From Oculina patagonica (Eukaryota), in NCBI RefSeq assembly GCF_052425735.1, contig NC_135760.1, forward strand, positions 13,330,001 to 13,394,000: a DNA stretch of 64,000 nt, read 5' to 3'. Below are positions 12,139-25,560 of the stretch, one piece after another. Below the pieces are notes generated by a model, which did no database searches, had not been told where the DNA came from, and worked only from the letters and a program-made list of their open reading frames with translations. The translations under genes were made by a program, and so were the position numbers. Position 1 is the first letter of the stretch; the number at the start of each line of letters is the position of its first letter.

Positions 12139-15002
12139 ATGGCGAAGAGCATTCGGTCGAAAAGAAAACGAAAACTTCGGGCTGCAAGGAGAGAAAAATT
12201 AAAGCCAAAGGTGAAAGCAAAGTTGGAGGAGATACTTGGAATAACTGACAAGGAAATGATCGTGGATACAGAGAGCCGCGAGGAAGATAAAAACGAAGAA
12301 CAAGCACAAAGAGAAACGCAGGAGAATGAAGAAGACACGACAGCTATCGGTAAGACTAAGAGATTATTGAAACAACAAGTCTAAACAGAACTAAACAAGT
12401 GAAGACTAAGGGGGAGGAACTTAACTTCAAAACAGTTGTTAAGGATGGCTTCTAGGGATTAGTTTTTGATCATGTTCGTTCTATTGGAGATTACCAGAGA
12501 GATTGCCTTTATTTTCGACAGTCATGACCATATTTGGTAAGTCACGTGACAAGAACACAAAAACCTTCAAAACTCACATAGCTTGCTTGAATTTTTCTCC
12601 ATTGAAATCAACACCGCGGGTAGAGTGCATTTAGAAGCAAAATCTGCAGCATGGATTTGTTAAAATTCGTGTTACTTAAAAAACTATGATGTCATTAAGT
12701 TTTTGTGATGTCATAACTTTAAAAATAATGTTAACACTTTTCCACTGGATAGTGATTTATCCAGTGAATAGCTTTATCCAACCTTTGAAAAACTGGGTCC
12801 TGGTTAGAAGCCCTTTCCACACTCCCCCTTCCAACATTTGGATATTTATACCAACATTCTCAAAGAGCAATGAATTTCAAAGAGTTTGCTTACAGAAGGT
12901 CAACCCTCCAAGTTTCCTTAGTGACCATCTGGCCACTGACTGCTAGGTTTGGTCGGCAGTGAAAAAACTTAGTTGCTAAATAAAGCTCAAACTTTCAATG
13001 CTTCTCAATTTTAGTTACCAGGCTGGCGACTTGGTTCCAATTTAGTCGTCAGTTCCAAAATTTTAGTCGCCATGGCAACTAAAATGGTCTTAACTTGGAG
13101 GGTTAAAGGTGTCTGTTGGAAGGGGTTCATAAATAATAATATGATATAATATAATAATAATATTATCTGTACCAGTTGTTGGCAAATTCCAGGCTCCAAG
13201 ACTGGTCTTAGCCTGCAGTTTTGTATCAAACTGATTCTGCAAACTAATAGACCATTTGCATTATGACGTAAAAGCACAAAGACTTCTGGTAGTTGTAGTT
13301 AGGTTCGCGGGAAAACACAATTTCTGGCTTATGATTGGCTAAGGGTAGCCAAGCGTGAAGGTGGCCATCCAGGACTTTTATTTTGATCTGAAGTTGAGCT
13401 GCTAAGATTACGCTCTTGTCGCTTCGAAATTAGTTTATACATGTATTTTTTCAGTTACCTGTCAAAAATATAGAAAACAGGATTATATCTTTGGAATGAA
13501 CTGATTTGACTGAGTTCTGTGTTTTAACCAAGACAGACAAATGTTGTTCGTGTTCAAGTAAGTTTAATATGTACGTTGTGTGGCGGAGTTGACTTGGTAG
13601 AAATTCATTCATCGCGGCCGACAACTTCTCTTCGTAAATAATTTTAGCCTAATATCACAGCTTCAAAAAATCGTGCACTGGAAACAGATTGCTTGAAAGG
13701 ACGAGTCGAGGATATAACTAAATTTGTGTGGAATCAAGTGAAAGCAAGGCAAACCATTCACTTTGTTCATCATCTATTTTCAGATGTTCAACAAACGATC
13801 GCTTCCATCGATCGCAGGTGAATTAATTCTTCACTGAAAAGCTTAGAAAATTTACCGTATATCATGATTGCTCGGCGGGATGGTCAGTTTAATTTGTTTT
13901 TACAGTGAGACAGAGAAACGAGTCAAATAATTTTCCTCGTTCAATCGAGCTTCATCAATGAATCATGAAGGGTCAATCATAAAGGATTTTCAAGCTGATC
14001 AATCAAAACTTCCCTGTGCAGTTGAATACAGATTATTTGTTTTTATCTTATATCTTAAAATTGTATTTTTTCGTCAAATTGGAACTGTAATTGCAATATT
14101 CTTTAACAAAGAAATTTTCTTGTTTTTGTACTGGAAATGTCAACTCGTCGAGTAGCAGTTGTGGTTTCAATCCGAGCGAGGGCCGTGCGAGCAAATATAA
14201 TTTTATTTCCATAATCTTGTTGATGAACGATTACTTGCGCGACTCGAAAGGTGAGCCTCAAAGATTTTTACGAGTGTAGACATCATGTACTGTACTCCCC
14301 CATGTTTAGAAATGGTAAAATATTGCGTCTTCGTATATTATTTGAAAATACCTGGCAAGCAAAAGTTTTACTCAGGAATTTAAATAAATGACCACGCTAC
14401 TGAGACTCGACTGGAGGAAACACTCGTTGAAACTTCACTACAAAACGCAACCAAGCAAATATACAATTTCTTGCATAACTTTTTTTCATTTTAACGGACT
14501 TGGTTTTATACTGAGAGGTTGCTTTTGCCCTATAAATGAAGCCACGGGGACGTCTTCTTCGGTGAGAGTAATTTTCTTTACCTCCATGACTATTTTCTTG
14601 GGCAAGCGGGCTTGATGACGATTCAAAATTTCCCGCGAACTTAACTACAACTACCAGAAGTCTTTGCGCATTTACGTCATAATGCAAATGGTCTATTGTG
14701 CCATGCTGATGTGGTAGCTTTTGAAGTACACTCAAGTGCTTGCTTTATATTTTGTCTGGATAGTAAAATCAGAATTTAACCAGCACTTTAAAGTAGTGGA
14801 ACTGTATAATCTTGCAGGCATTTTTGAATTTAATTATTGTGTTTTTACATCAACAGAAGTTACAGAGGATGTTGAAATGAAATCTAAAGATGGAACACAG
14901 AAGAAACTTGGGAAAAAAGCACTCAAAAAAATAAACAAGAAAAGGAATTTGAAAAGACTCGGAAACAAGAAAAGAAAAAATCAAAAGATTTTTAAGTGGT
15001 GA
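12139..15002 (+). CDS. LLPH: Protein LLP homolog (LAPS18 family)
   Basis: Exons 12139-12349 and 14857-15002. MAKSIRSKRKRKLRA N-terminus and basic C-terminus ending in FKW. Confidence 0.88.
13249..14694. mobile_element. 1.45-kb non-autonomous TIR element with AT target duplication, in LLPH intron
   Basis: About 60-bp TIRs agaccatttgcattatgacgtaaa..ggttcgcggg / cccgcgaac..tttacgtcataatgcaaatggtct, flanked by AT. No transposase ORF seen. Confidence 0.8.
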
Positions 15003-15842
15003 CTTTGGTAGAACTTTTGCTGGAAAATTTATAACTGAGTATCTGTACACTAGACAACAAAATAGGGGAAACATTCCTGTCAATTCTTTACACAAGTTTC
15101 CACTGAAATTACAAGACCTTGAATTTGTACATTTTAATACAGAAAGCTATAAACCTGTTTCTCTTTCTTTTGTTTCATTGTAACCATCTTGAAATTCCAA
15201 GGTGAAGCAGAGTGACTGCTTTGGCCATTGGGTACATTAGGGTGTACATAGAATTTATAACCAGAACTCTTTTATTGTTGGTATAACTTGTGCCATAACA
15301 AAGTAATGGCTTTGTTACTTCACTACTGAATGAACGATATTTATTTCAACTTAGCTTGATAAACAGTATCGGTTCCTGACAGTTAGAGTTCAATGTAAAG
15401 GCATTTGGTAATGTCGATGGCACCACACCACTCTTAAGAACGCATAAGATTCCCACCCCCGCATTCATTATACATTTTCTTCCCCCCGAACCGCGCCCCA
15501 CCCTCCACACAAGCCGCCCCCGCGGCGGCCCCCGCGGGCGGGCCCCCGTCCGGGGGGGGGGAGGGGGTGGCGAGTAACGCGAAGGTGTTCTTAAGTGATG
15601 ACATTTGTTTTTAAAATTTAGAATAAATTATGGTTTGTTTCTTTAGTGTAGTTCTGAAAATTTCATGGTACGTCAATGCAATACACCTTAGTCGATGATT
15701 TTATTTAGAACCATCCCAGAACACCCCACTGATGTGGAAAAAAGAGAGATGTTGAGCACCACTGGAAAGCAAAGGGTCTCAAGCCAACAGCTGCTTGTTA
15801 TCAGACCAGCAGTGCTAAATCTCGTGATCACTGCAGCTTTCT

Positions 15843-17981
15843 TCACTTCAGTTCTTCAAGTGTATTGATCATCATATATCTGGAAAATATGATGTACAGC
15901 TTCCTAAACCAGAGCAACTGACTTCTGTGAGCATACATGGCCTTCTGTTGACAAAATGTTCAACATTTATGAGCCTTCAATTTTTTAAGAATTTTATATT
16001 AACTTCAGAAAATTCCAAAAAAACTTCAGAAAATTCAACCAACCTGTGCTAAAAGGATGTCTTGAGGACTTGACAGAATCATGTGTCTAAAGTAGGGTGA
16101 GAGGAATAATTATTATTAATCTGAAAACTAGTTTTCTAGCTAGTGATAACATGCTCCCTCTAAATATTCTGACAGTTATTTGACTTGAGTTTGAACTTTC
16201 TGGTCACATGATCAACTGATACAAAAGGACTACTCTACACTGAACACGTCCTAAAACTGGATAATGGAGAAAAGGGTTTTACTGTTGTAAGCATTAAAGA
16301 TGTAAGAACCAGACAACTCAACCAGTATCTAAATATCTCAATTCCTTTCCTGCCTCAAAAAGAATAAAGGAAATTGAGACATCTGCAAGCAGAAAACATT
16401 TACATTTTTTATTAGTTTTACTTACTGTGAATGGACACTGAATGGAAGATCAAACAGTGAGATGTATTTCCTCAAAATGCTTATGCTACTGAGCATGTAA
16501 ACTGTAACATCTTCAAGGAGTCCTTCATCTTTCAGTCTTTTTATGGCTTTGTAGATGGCAATGTGGTTTGTATGGCCTGACACCCCATAGGAATCAAAAG
16601 TAATGACCTATTTTGTGAAAGCAAAACCTTGTCAGGAGAGCAGCTAAGATAACAGTCGCATACCTCTTCCTCCTGCTTAGGTGTTACCTTAGTATTCACT
16701 TGTATGTGTTCAAGATAATCTTTGTCTGAAATATTTCATAATGACTAACAGAGGACATATATTTTATTGTTTTGGCCCCAGTTGTTTCAAGGATGGATAA
16801 TGCTATCCACTGGTATGTTTTGTTAGCACTTATCTACTGGATAGCCATTTATCGGGTGGATAGCGTTATCCACCCTTTGAACAGCTGGGTTCTGGTGTTT
16901 AACCACCCCCCTCCTGCACGCCAACTTCTCTTTTTTACACAGCACTGGATCTTACCACTTGAAATTGGTTGTGTTTGATATGATCAGCAATTATTCGACC
17001 AGCAATCTTAGCATCCCAGGCTACCTTGGGATCATCGGGAAGGTAACTGAAAGAAAGAATTTAGAATGGAATAAGATGACAACAAAGTAAAACATGATAG
17101 AATATTCAAATATAAAGATCAGCAATTATCTCTTGCTGAACCCCAGATTATGAACAACTTCTCGAACAATAAAATGGAAATCCCAGGGTCTCAAAGGGGT
17201 TCAGCGTTCTAAAGCTCTGGGGCCTTCAAAATTTCAAAAGCAGGGCTCCCAGCACTGTGGCAATAGTTTTGTAATAGTTAGGGTTGGAGCGTAGTGATCA
17301 TTAAAAGGATAGGGAGCCTCTGCTGCAAAATTTTAGGGCCCTAGGTCCTAGCCCCCCAAACCCCAGCCCACCCACCTTTAGGACCCTAAATTGCAATGCA
17401 TATCTCAAAATGGTTTACCGGTGATCAATAATGGTCACATGATTTGATGGAATTCCAAGAATACTGCAGCTTGACAACAACTCTTGTTTTCGTAAATCGC
17501 CTTGTTGGTAAAAATTGCCTGTAAAATAAAATGGTCACGAGTAAGTACAGTTGCACAATCACTAATGTAGTCCTTATGGCTTATCTTGGAAAAAATGTAA
17601 ATACCCTGGGGAGTGGGTTGGGGTGGGAAATGTAGGGGGAGAGGGGTGGGGTGTTGCAATTAAAGGGCTTCACAACTAACGTCTAAGTCACGATGTCAAT
17701 CAAACCCTGAAAGAAAAACCTCAGTTTTTAACAAACATACCTGTAGAGAGACACAGTAGATGCACTGTGCAGCACCGCTGAAGATTCAAAATGGCGGGCG
17801 AGAAGAACATACACTCGTCATCTGGATGAGCAGTAATGACAAGAACATTTTTCTTATTAAATTCGAACTTCTTGTTTTCTTGGAGTTTTAACTGTCTACT
17901 GTAGAAAATTATAAGAAAACTTGACAAAATAACAACGAACAGAGAGAAAACTGAAATCCAACTCAGTTCAAACGGAACCAT
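15843..17981 (-). CDS. PIGL: N-acetylglucosaminyl-phosphatidylinositol de-N-acetylase
   Basis: Exons 17981-17741, 17518-17419, 17046-16956, 16607-16426, 16086-16044, 15944-15843. N-terminal TM segment, [23 protein letters not shown] and [18 protein letters not shown]. Confidence 0.95.
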
Positions 17982-18134
17982 CAGTGTGCGTGGTTACCAA
18001 GTAAAAATTGCCTGGCTACTAAGCGATTCTTTCACTCGGTATGACCCTTTTGTTATGGTGTAAAAATGTGATTGTTTTGTCGTGATTTTTGTTTTCTTGC
18101 CTCTTTTAATACTGAAAAGAGCGATTTTTATACA

Positions 18135-21100
18135 ATGGAGAATGTAGTTCCTTCAACTGCAGAAGAAAATGACGCGGAGAATCACGCAAAAACCAACGGT
18201 GAAAAGGAAGAGTTGGTGCAGAGCGGGAACCCTGCTAACTTCGTTATTGACCACAGTAATAACGTTACTGTCGAACGCATAGACTATGATACGGATGTCG
18301 GAATCAAGAAAGAGGATCGTCAAGAATTCCCAGTGGATGAAGACGAATCTTTTGGAGAGGGAGAGCCCCAAGAAGACGACTCTATGTGCACTCACAAGGA
18401 AAATCAGGGCCGTAAAAACATTTCCACGCTCACTTCAAGACACTATGCTGGTCACGTAAGGGTCTTCAAAGGTATCGTACATAGCTTTACAACTTGTTTG
18501 TATAAATGTACAGCTTTTCTTTTTATATTTATGAGAAAGGAGCGGAGGAATTGAAATCACTGATCTTCAATGAAATGGAGTGGTCAAGATTGATTTAGAT
18601 TTTTGTTTAATGAATTATGCATTGGCTTCTCAGAAGTTTGAGTTAAATAAAAAAAACTGACGGTGGTGTTACAGACAACAGATTTTTTTTTGCGAAATAG
18701 TTGTTTAAAAGACATGAAGAGCAACAAAGTAACATGGATTAATCTTTAGGCTAGGTGGGACAGGCAAACTATACTTCAAACAACATGCTCCTTTGCACAA
18801 CTAGGAAACTGTAGAGCATGTTGCTTGTTATGCACCTACCTATGTTAATGGGGGGGGGGGTCGGGCATTGAGTGGGGATTTTGACATTTTCTTTAAATAA
18901 AGGCAAATTCCCCACCCCCCAGGACAAAATAATTTGTCAAAATCCCCACCCAGGGGACAAGGGAAAGTGGTCAGATGTTCTTCAAACCTTGTTGCAGAGG
19001 ACCGCTTATGATCAAAATCCCTACCCTGGGGACATAATGTATGATCAAAATCTCTACCCTGGGGACAGACATCAGGATCAAATTCCCATGGTATGCCCGA
19101 CACCCCCCCCCCCCTCGGGCTTAACATTGGTAGGTGCATTGTGTACTATGAATAAAGAAAAGTGCTTATAGTAAAATTAATTGAAGCACCTAACAAATTA
19201 GCCTGTGAACAAGCTCCTCAGTGGGATATGGGGCCAAAAAAAATTAGTGAGTGCTCGCTTGGTTTGCCCTACTTGCCAATTTTGTTTTGCCCCTTTGCCC
19301 CACCGTGACTCTGGAGGCAAACGCAAGCCACTTAACAAATTACTGATATCTCTGAGTGGTATCCTTTTCATGTCTTATATCACAGAATGGTTAAAGTGCA
19401 AAGGAATGGACGAAGAATTTGAGCAGTGGGCACCCAGGGAGATTAGCAATTGGTTGTCTGACTTTTACAAGGAATCTCACTTAAAACATGGTGGAACCAA
19501 GAGGGCCAGCTCCCTAAGAATCATACGTTCAGCTATAGATCATCACTTAAAGAGTGCACCTTACTGCAAGTGCTACAGTCTGACTCATTCTCCTGAATTC
19601 AGCAAAGCTAATGCTACATTGCATGACTTGGAGGCTGCGCAGAAAGAATACTTGGATTCTTCAGATTGCAATACCAGTGCCTTACCTTTAAATGTAGATG
19701 AAGTACGTAAGCTGTGGGCCACTGGAGTTGTGGGAATCAAAACTCCTAAGTCTCTACAGAGACTGGTGTTTTTGGCTGTGGGAATCAATTTTGGTGTTAC
19801 TTCCAGAGATGACTTGCGTGATTTAAAACCTGACATGTTTGAATTTCACATTGACGAGAAAACAGGCCTTGAGTATGCGGCATGTAAACTGGACGAGTCA
19901 ACTTCAGCTCAGCTGAGGAGTAAAAGATATAAATGTACTGGAAGGAAAATGTTCAGTGTACCAGGAAGTCTGCAATGTCCTGTTGCAGCATTGAAATTGT
20001 TCCTTAAAAGGAGGAATCCTGCTTGTAGTGCATTTTTTCAAATACCAAACCGTGACTTTGCAACAAGTGGAGTGTGGTACAGGTCACAAGCCGCTGGGCT
20101 TAACTGTTTGTCTGGCATGTTAAAAGACATGTCACATGAAGCACTCCTCCCGATGGATTATTCCAATCACAATTTGCGAGCCACACCTCCTATTGTGTTA
20201 TACAAGGCAATGGAGGAGATAGCAACTCTACGACCTACAAGAATCATCAATAATGCAATTCTGAACGACAAGATTGCATTAAGTAGTCCAGCACCTCCAC
20301 TGTGGAACTCAGTGACGACCTCACCAAGTATTCCATCAGGAAATGATATCACAAATCACACAGTTGTGCCTGTTGTTGAATCAAATACTATTCAGGCACC
20401 CTCTAGAGACGCAAGCACCATTGCCAATGGGAGCAATCCATCTCAACACTCCCCCAGTTTAAATGTTCCTCAGAACTTGCATCACGTGTTCTGTATTCCT
20501 CAGCAATGGAACATTCAAGACATCATCAGAGCTGTGAACTCAGGAGATGCACTTGTGATCACAAAACAATCAAGTAAAACAGAGGTTCAGCCCCATGAGA
20601 ATGGGGACATAACACAATCCAGAGATGCTCATCAACAACAAGCTAGTGAGGTGTGCCATAATGTTGGACGTGACAGATCTGGTCGTAAACAGGTATATAT
20701 CAGTAAATGTATATAGACATGTAAAAGGTGACAACTTCAACAACAAAAACAACTTTATTTGTAATAAAAGAATAAAAATTATGCTGTGGAACTTTAATTT
20801 ACAATTTGCATTCGAGCCTAGTGGTTTACCAGGCTGAACAGGGCTGAAACGAGACCTTTGGCATAGATAAGGCAAGATCTTACTAGGAGCTGCAAGGGGC
20901 ATGCCCTTCAGAAAATTAGAAACTCTGAAACAAGTTTTTATACATTTTGTATAATGTATTTCTTAAAAAAAATCAGTCTTGTTCAACTCGGGGCTATTTT
21001 CTTAACTTAGCATGAAAGAAATCTAGATGAGGCAAGTGCCTTGTCTTGCCTCTTGATAGTTATGGCCCTCCTGAAGCTTATCCTGGTTTTCATAGCATGA

Positions 21101-22424
21101 TGCAACTAGGTATATTTCCACTCCCTCCTGGATGGGATGCTATTCAATACCCCATTCCTTCTATAGCGTGCGCCTGCAGGGAATCACAGTAGTTGTATTC
21201 AACAAATCATGTGCAAGACTTAGAAACATGCATCGTTGCTGAGTCTCGCACATGGTTTGATGAATACAACTACCGTGATTCCTTGCAGGCGTGCGCTATA
21301 GAGGGAATCGGCCATTGCAGGGTTACTCCCAGCATTAAGTTTGCTGGTACTCATTTATACACCTGGATGGAGGGGTAAAGTGTCTTACCCAAGAACACAA
21401 TGCAGTTTCCTGGCCAGGGCTCAAACCCAGACCACTTGATTTGAATTCCAGTGCACTAACCATTAGGCCACCATGCCTCCCCCAAGACATTTTCATTCCC
21501 TACATTAATCTCTGCAGCAGCAAGAACACAGGATAAGACTCTTATCAAGATCTTAACAAAAAGATCTTTGTACATTCTTCTTACTGGTCTCCATCACAGT
21601 GGGGAGAATTTGCTCAATAACTGGCAACTTTTCTTTGATTTGTATTAACTTCCATGGTTCTTTTTGTATATGAAATAATTTATGCAGCATTTTTTCACTG
21701 TCTGCATTTTAGTGCATACTGGTGCAACTTAATGCTTTGTATCATTGACAATTGATGATTTGATATCAAGCTTCTTTTTATGTTTTCAAGCCTGAGCCCA
21801 AACGGTTACGTAGAGACCCAGAGGTGATCAAAGATGAATCATTCAAGGTAAGAATACTCTCCTCAGTTGCACAACAACATAAAATGAACATACAAATTTA
21901 AGTTTGCAAGGGCTTACCTGTGTCACTACAACACTCTAAAAACTGTCCCCCCCCCCTCATTTCCTGCTAGACACTCAAAACAAATGCGCCATTTCCTACA
22001 TCTCTGAAAATATGTCATGAAATCATGAAGCACAGAACAAACCACTTTATCATTCTTTTTCCTCACAGAGCAAAGTCTTGCAACTGTGAATGTGTTTTAA
22101 CTTTTCAGTCACTTGCAACCCCCCTGTGTGGCTATCAAAATGAAAGCTATCAATTTGTACTTTCTTGTGGTAGTTTTTGGTGAATAAAAGCAGAGTTGAG
22201 TAGTATTAGGATATACAGGGAAGTGAAAGATGATAATTGGTGTATTCCAGGTTGAAGATTCCTATGTGAAGGCAATAAATGGTATAAAGACAGGTCTTCA
22301 AACCTTGGATAACCTTGTATCTAAACAGCAGCCTTCCAACCAAGTTATTCAAGAGTTGTCACATATAGGTGACAGCATTCAAGACCTTCTGCAAAGGATG
22401 AACTCAAATGAAAATAAACAATAA
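18135..22424 (+). CDS. DUF3504 / Crypton tyrosine-recombinase-derived protein (QRICH1/ZMYM/KIAA1958-like domain)
   Basis: Exons 18135-18471, 19386-20692, 21791-21847, 22251-22424, in frame with GT-AG. Motifs WLSDFYKE..SSLRIIRSAIDHHL, CPVAALKLFLKRR, AFFQIP, VWYRSQAAGLN and YSNHNLRAT. Confidence 0.75.
18831..19138. mobile_element. Harbinger-type MITE; second copy at 43606-43897
   Basis: TIR tgcacctacc(a/t)atgttaa; the second copy has a clean TAA TSD. Confidence 0.75.
21075..21482 (-). mobile_element. tRNA-derived SINE interrupted by a palindromic MITE (about 21154-21308)
   Basis: Reverse complement resembles the SINE at 51351 (tRNA-like head, cttgggtaagacacttt..ccaggtgtata). Nested IR attccttctatagcgtgcgcctgc / gcaggcgtgcgctatagagggaat. 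Confidence 0.7.
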
Positions 22425-23414
22425 TATATTAGAGTTTATTTCCTTGGAAGCTGATCTGTCAAAATATATTAAGAAAACTAACCTGCCAAACTGCAAACCA
22501 AGAGGCTTTCACTGCAGTTTATTTTTTGTTTACTGGTGGTAGTAAATTCTTATTAAGTTTTCTTATCACTCTTACTTGGCTAGTTGTGGCAAAATTTTAA
22601 GGGAGCCACCTTTAAGTGAAACTTGGACAAATATGTTCGAGTTGTTTAAATTGATTCAAAGTATTTATAGTGGACCTTAGATGTAAAACAAATACAAGTA
22701 TAAGAGGACTCAACTGTCTTTAACTAAAGTCTTAAGCCAAAAGTTTACAACCGTATGTCCACTTAAATCTAACAAAAGAGTTTTTTAATGAGATGTAAGT
22801 TATTAATATGATGGCCACATATGTGGTATAAGTTATTTTTACTAACTCGTTGTTTGTATGGGTACTTGGATCATAGAAACACATCAAAGCTTTTTACCTC
22901 AAAGGTTCGTGAAATTTACAGTTTTATATTTATTGCCTTGCCTTGCACTTGCATTTCTTAAGATGTTGTCAGTTTCATTATTTATTAATTAATTGCAAGA
23001 AGTCCCTTTAAGAAAGGTTCAGCGTAGAGATTTTCTTGAATTTCTGATTGAGTTTGTTAGACAACGTTGTTATGAACATGTTTGCAGGATAAATAGAGGT
23101 GCAATATATTCATGAGTTTCTATTGTGAGGTGATTTCCCTTACATTTTAGAATCCCTTTGTCCAACACATATTTTAATAGCTTTCCAACTTTGTTACAAG
23201 TGGTTCATTTTCAAAGAAATCGCACACGGCTCACATTACTCAGTTTTGACAGGTTTTTAACTACTTGGAAATTAGGTCTAAACACCCCCAAGACGAAACG
23301 CCCCTGGGAGTTTTACGTGGAAAAAGCTTACTTGAATACTTAAATACTCGGTGTGACACGTTTTTACAATGAGAAATATACAGCCAGTTCTTTTCCTTGA
23401 GGGATGTTGCTTTC

Positions 23415-23521
23415 TAGGCTCGATTTCCGCCACCTCCTCGAGTCCGGTCTTTGTCCCTCCCCGCTTTCGAAGGGAGGAGCGCGGGCTCATTTTCCCGAAA
23501 AGCGGCTGGAAATCGAGCCTA
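23415..23521. mobile_element. TAG..CTA MITE, 9-bp TSD (AcademH-type)
   Basis: taggctcgatttcc / ggaaatcgagccta with perfect TSD gttgctttc. Confidence 0.85.
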
Positions 23522-23770
23522 GTTGCTTTCTTACGTGAATTAATTATTTCTTGGGGGCATTTTGACCGGTTACCTTTTTACTTATTCCCACATGTAACTT
23601 AACTTTTACTCTTTGAATATTCTTCTTTGGTGATGTTGTGTTTCATGTTCACCTTAATTAAAGCTTTGATGATTTTATATCGTCCAACTTGTTGATTGTT
23701 TCTTTACTTTGGGCCCAGTAAAGATTTCGAGAATAAGAGTTACAAAATTGTATGCATAATTACAGGGTTA

Positions 23771-25081
23771 CCTTATTAGAGGAATATAACGAAGTATTTT
23801 AACAACGCGAACAAAATGTACGCGTAATAAAATTAACGCGAATTGTCAAAAATTTATGTTTACATAATCCTCTTCGCGCCTAGGAGGCACATAAGGCTGA
23901 GACCAGAGATTTCCATTGCTCCCTTTCCATGGCTACCTCTCAAGTTCTTTCCACGTCTTCCCTGCTGTTCATTTCTGCCTCGATCGTCCTCCCCAAGTCT
24001 CCCGTGGACGTCCTCCCTCCCACTATCCGGTGTCCATCAATCAGTCGTGTGCACCGGCCTCCGAACTGCCCAGCCACCTCCACTCTGCTTATTACCATGG
24101 CGATGTCCCGTTGTCCTGTCGAAGAGTTCTGGTGATCCTGGCAGATCGCACCCGGAAGGACCGAGAGGGCCGACCCCCAGCCCCGGCACGACTGGCCCAG
24201 GACCCACTCGTGACAGGATGCGAGACGCGGTCCACCGGATGCCAACCTCCCGTCCCACTCCCCATCTCATCTCCAACTCCACTGGACGCTGATGTCTGAT
24301 CTCTCCGCACGCCAGTGGCAGACGAGCAGCACCAGTAGAGGACCTACGCCACCACGGCAGAGATCTCAGCGAGACGTAGCGATCCCCGCTCTGCGCCCAG
24401 CGCACTGACTGGGAGACGGACGCCGACCCCGCCCCGTGCCACACTGAGAACCCGGCCAAGGCAGAGGAAGGGACCGGCGGACGGACCGGCCACCAACACG
24501 GCGCCACCCGGCGCCGAGTGCAGACACGAGCCAGAAGAGACGGGCCCGCAGGTGAGTGCACCGGGAGCGCCCCGCACCAGCCAGGGGCCGGCATCCAGAT
24601 TTGAAAAGTATATAACCAATCTGTTATATGTTTACATGCATTTAATTAACTCGAATTCTCGTGTGGTGTGTGCTTACATGCAGTTAACTAACGCGAATTT
24701 GTTGCATAGTAATCTTTATAGCAAGCTGCGCTCTTCAAAAGACAAAACAAGAACGTCCAACATCAGAACTTGAGGTTTAATTCCGATAAACCATACATAA
24801 CAAAGATATTTAAACAGACCAAAAAGTGACTAATATTCAATGCATGGGTCCATGATCCAGGGATGGAATACATCCAGTCCTGGCGCTTTCTTCTGCCTCT
24901 GCTATCCCTGCAGCTTTGACGGAGAAGTAGATGACGTGTTAACACAACTTACCCGGTGTCTTAGAATAACAATGCTGTAAAATAGAGTGATTTTAATTAA
25001 CAAACATTAAGGTACATTAAATTAACGCGAATTTTTGGAATTCGCGTTAATTACATGTATCGTTAATTTCCTATAATAAGG
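23771..25081 (+). mobile_element. Long TA-flanked TIR element with GC-rich internal cargo
   Basis: Both ends match the MITEs at 8935 and 41448; the interior at about 23875-24600 is GC-rich and unrelated. Confidence 0.8.
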
Positions 25082-25560
25082 TATAAGGAAATGTTACCGA
25101 GTAATCGTGTTACAGTTCAGATGCCAACTGTTTGTACAAGCTGACCTCATCAACCCTTCAAGCTTTCCCACTTTCGAACTCAATTTCGACCCCGCCCCTG
25201 ATCGCTTGGTAGCACAGGCTACCCAGACATGTAGCATCGCTTGGTAGCACAGGCTACCCAGAAAAGTGACAGGTCTCTTACGCCTCTCCACTGCTAGTGA
25301 ATAAAATAAACTCAAAAAGGCCATAATATGAGATAATAACTTTATTGAAATCATTGGGAGCCGCCACATAACAGCTCCCGTAAAGAATCTTTGCAAACAA
25401 TTCGTACATTGCAATTAAACACAGTACTATTAAAAGGGCTTGAGCTGAAGACGTACCAAATAATATACAGTTAACAAGAAAAAGATATCACTGCCGTCCA
25501 TACTTCACGATTATCAAAGAATATTGTATTACAAAGTCCACACTGCTGTGTGACGTCATT

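Noticed and set aside
15450-15600. Sudden GC-rich patch between LLPH and PIGL
   Set aside because: Looks like degraded base-calling around poly-C/poly-G tracts; no ORF, repeat ends or RNA motif.
19205-19385. N-terminal extension of the 503-aa ORF
   Set aside because: Intronic (begins inside a MITE end); the real exon starts after the acceptor at 19385.
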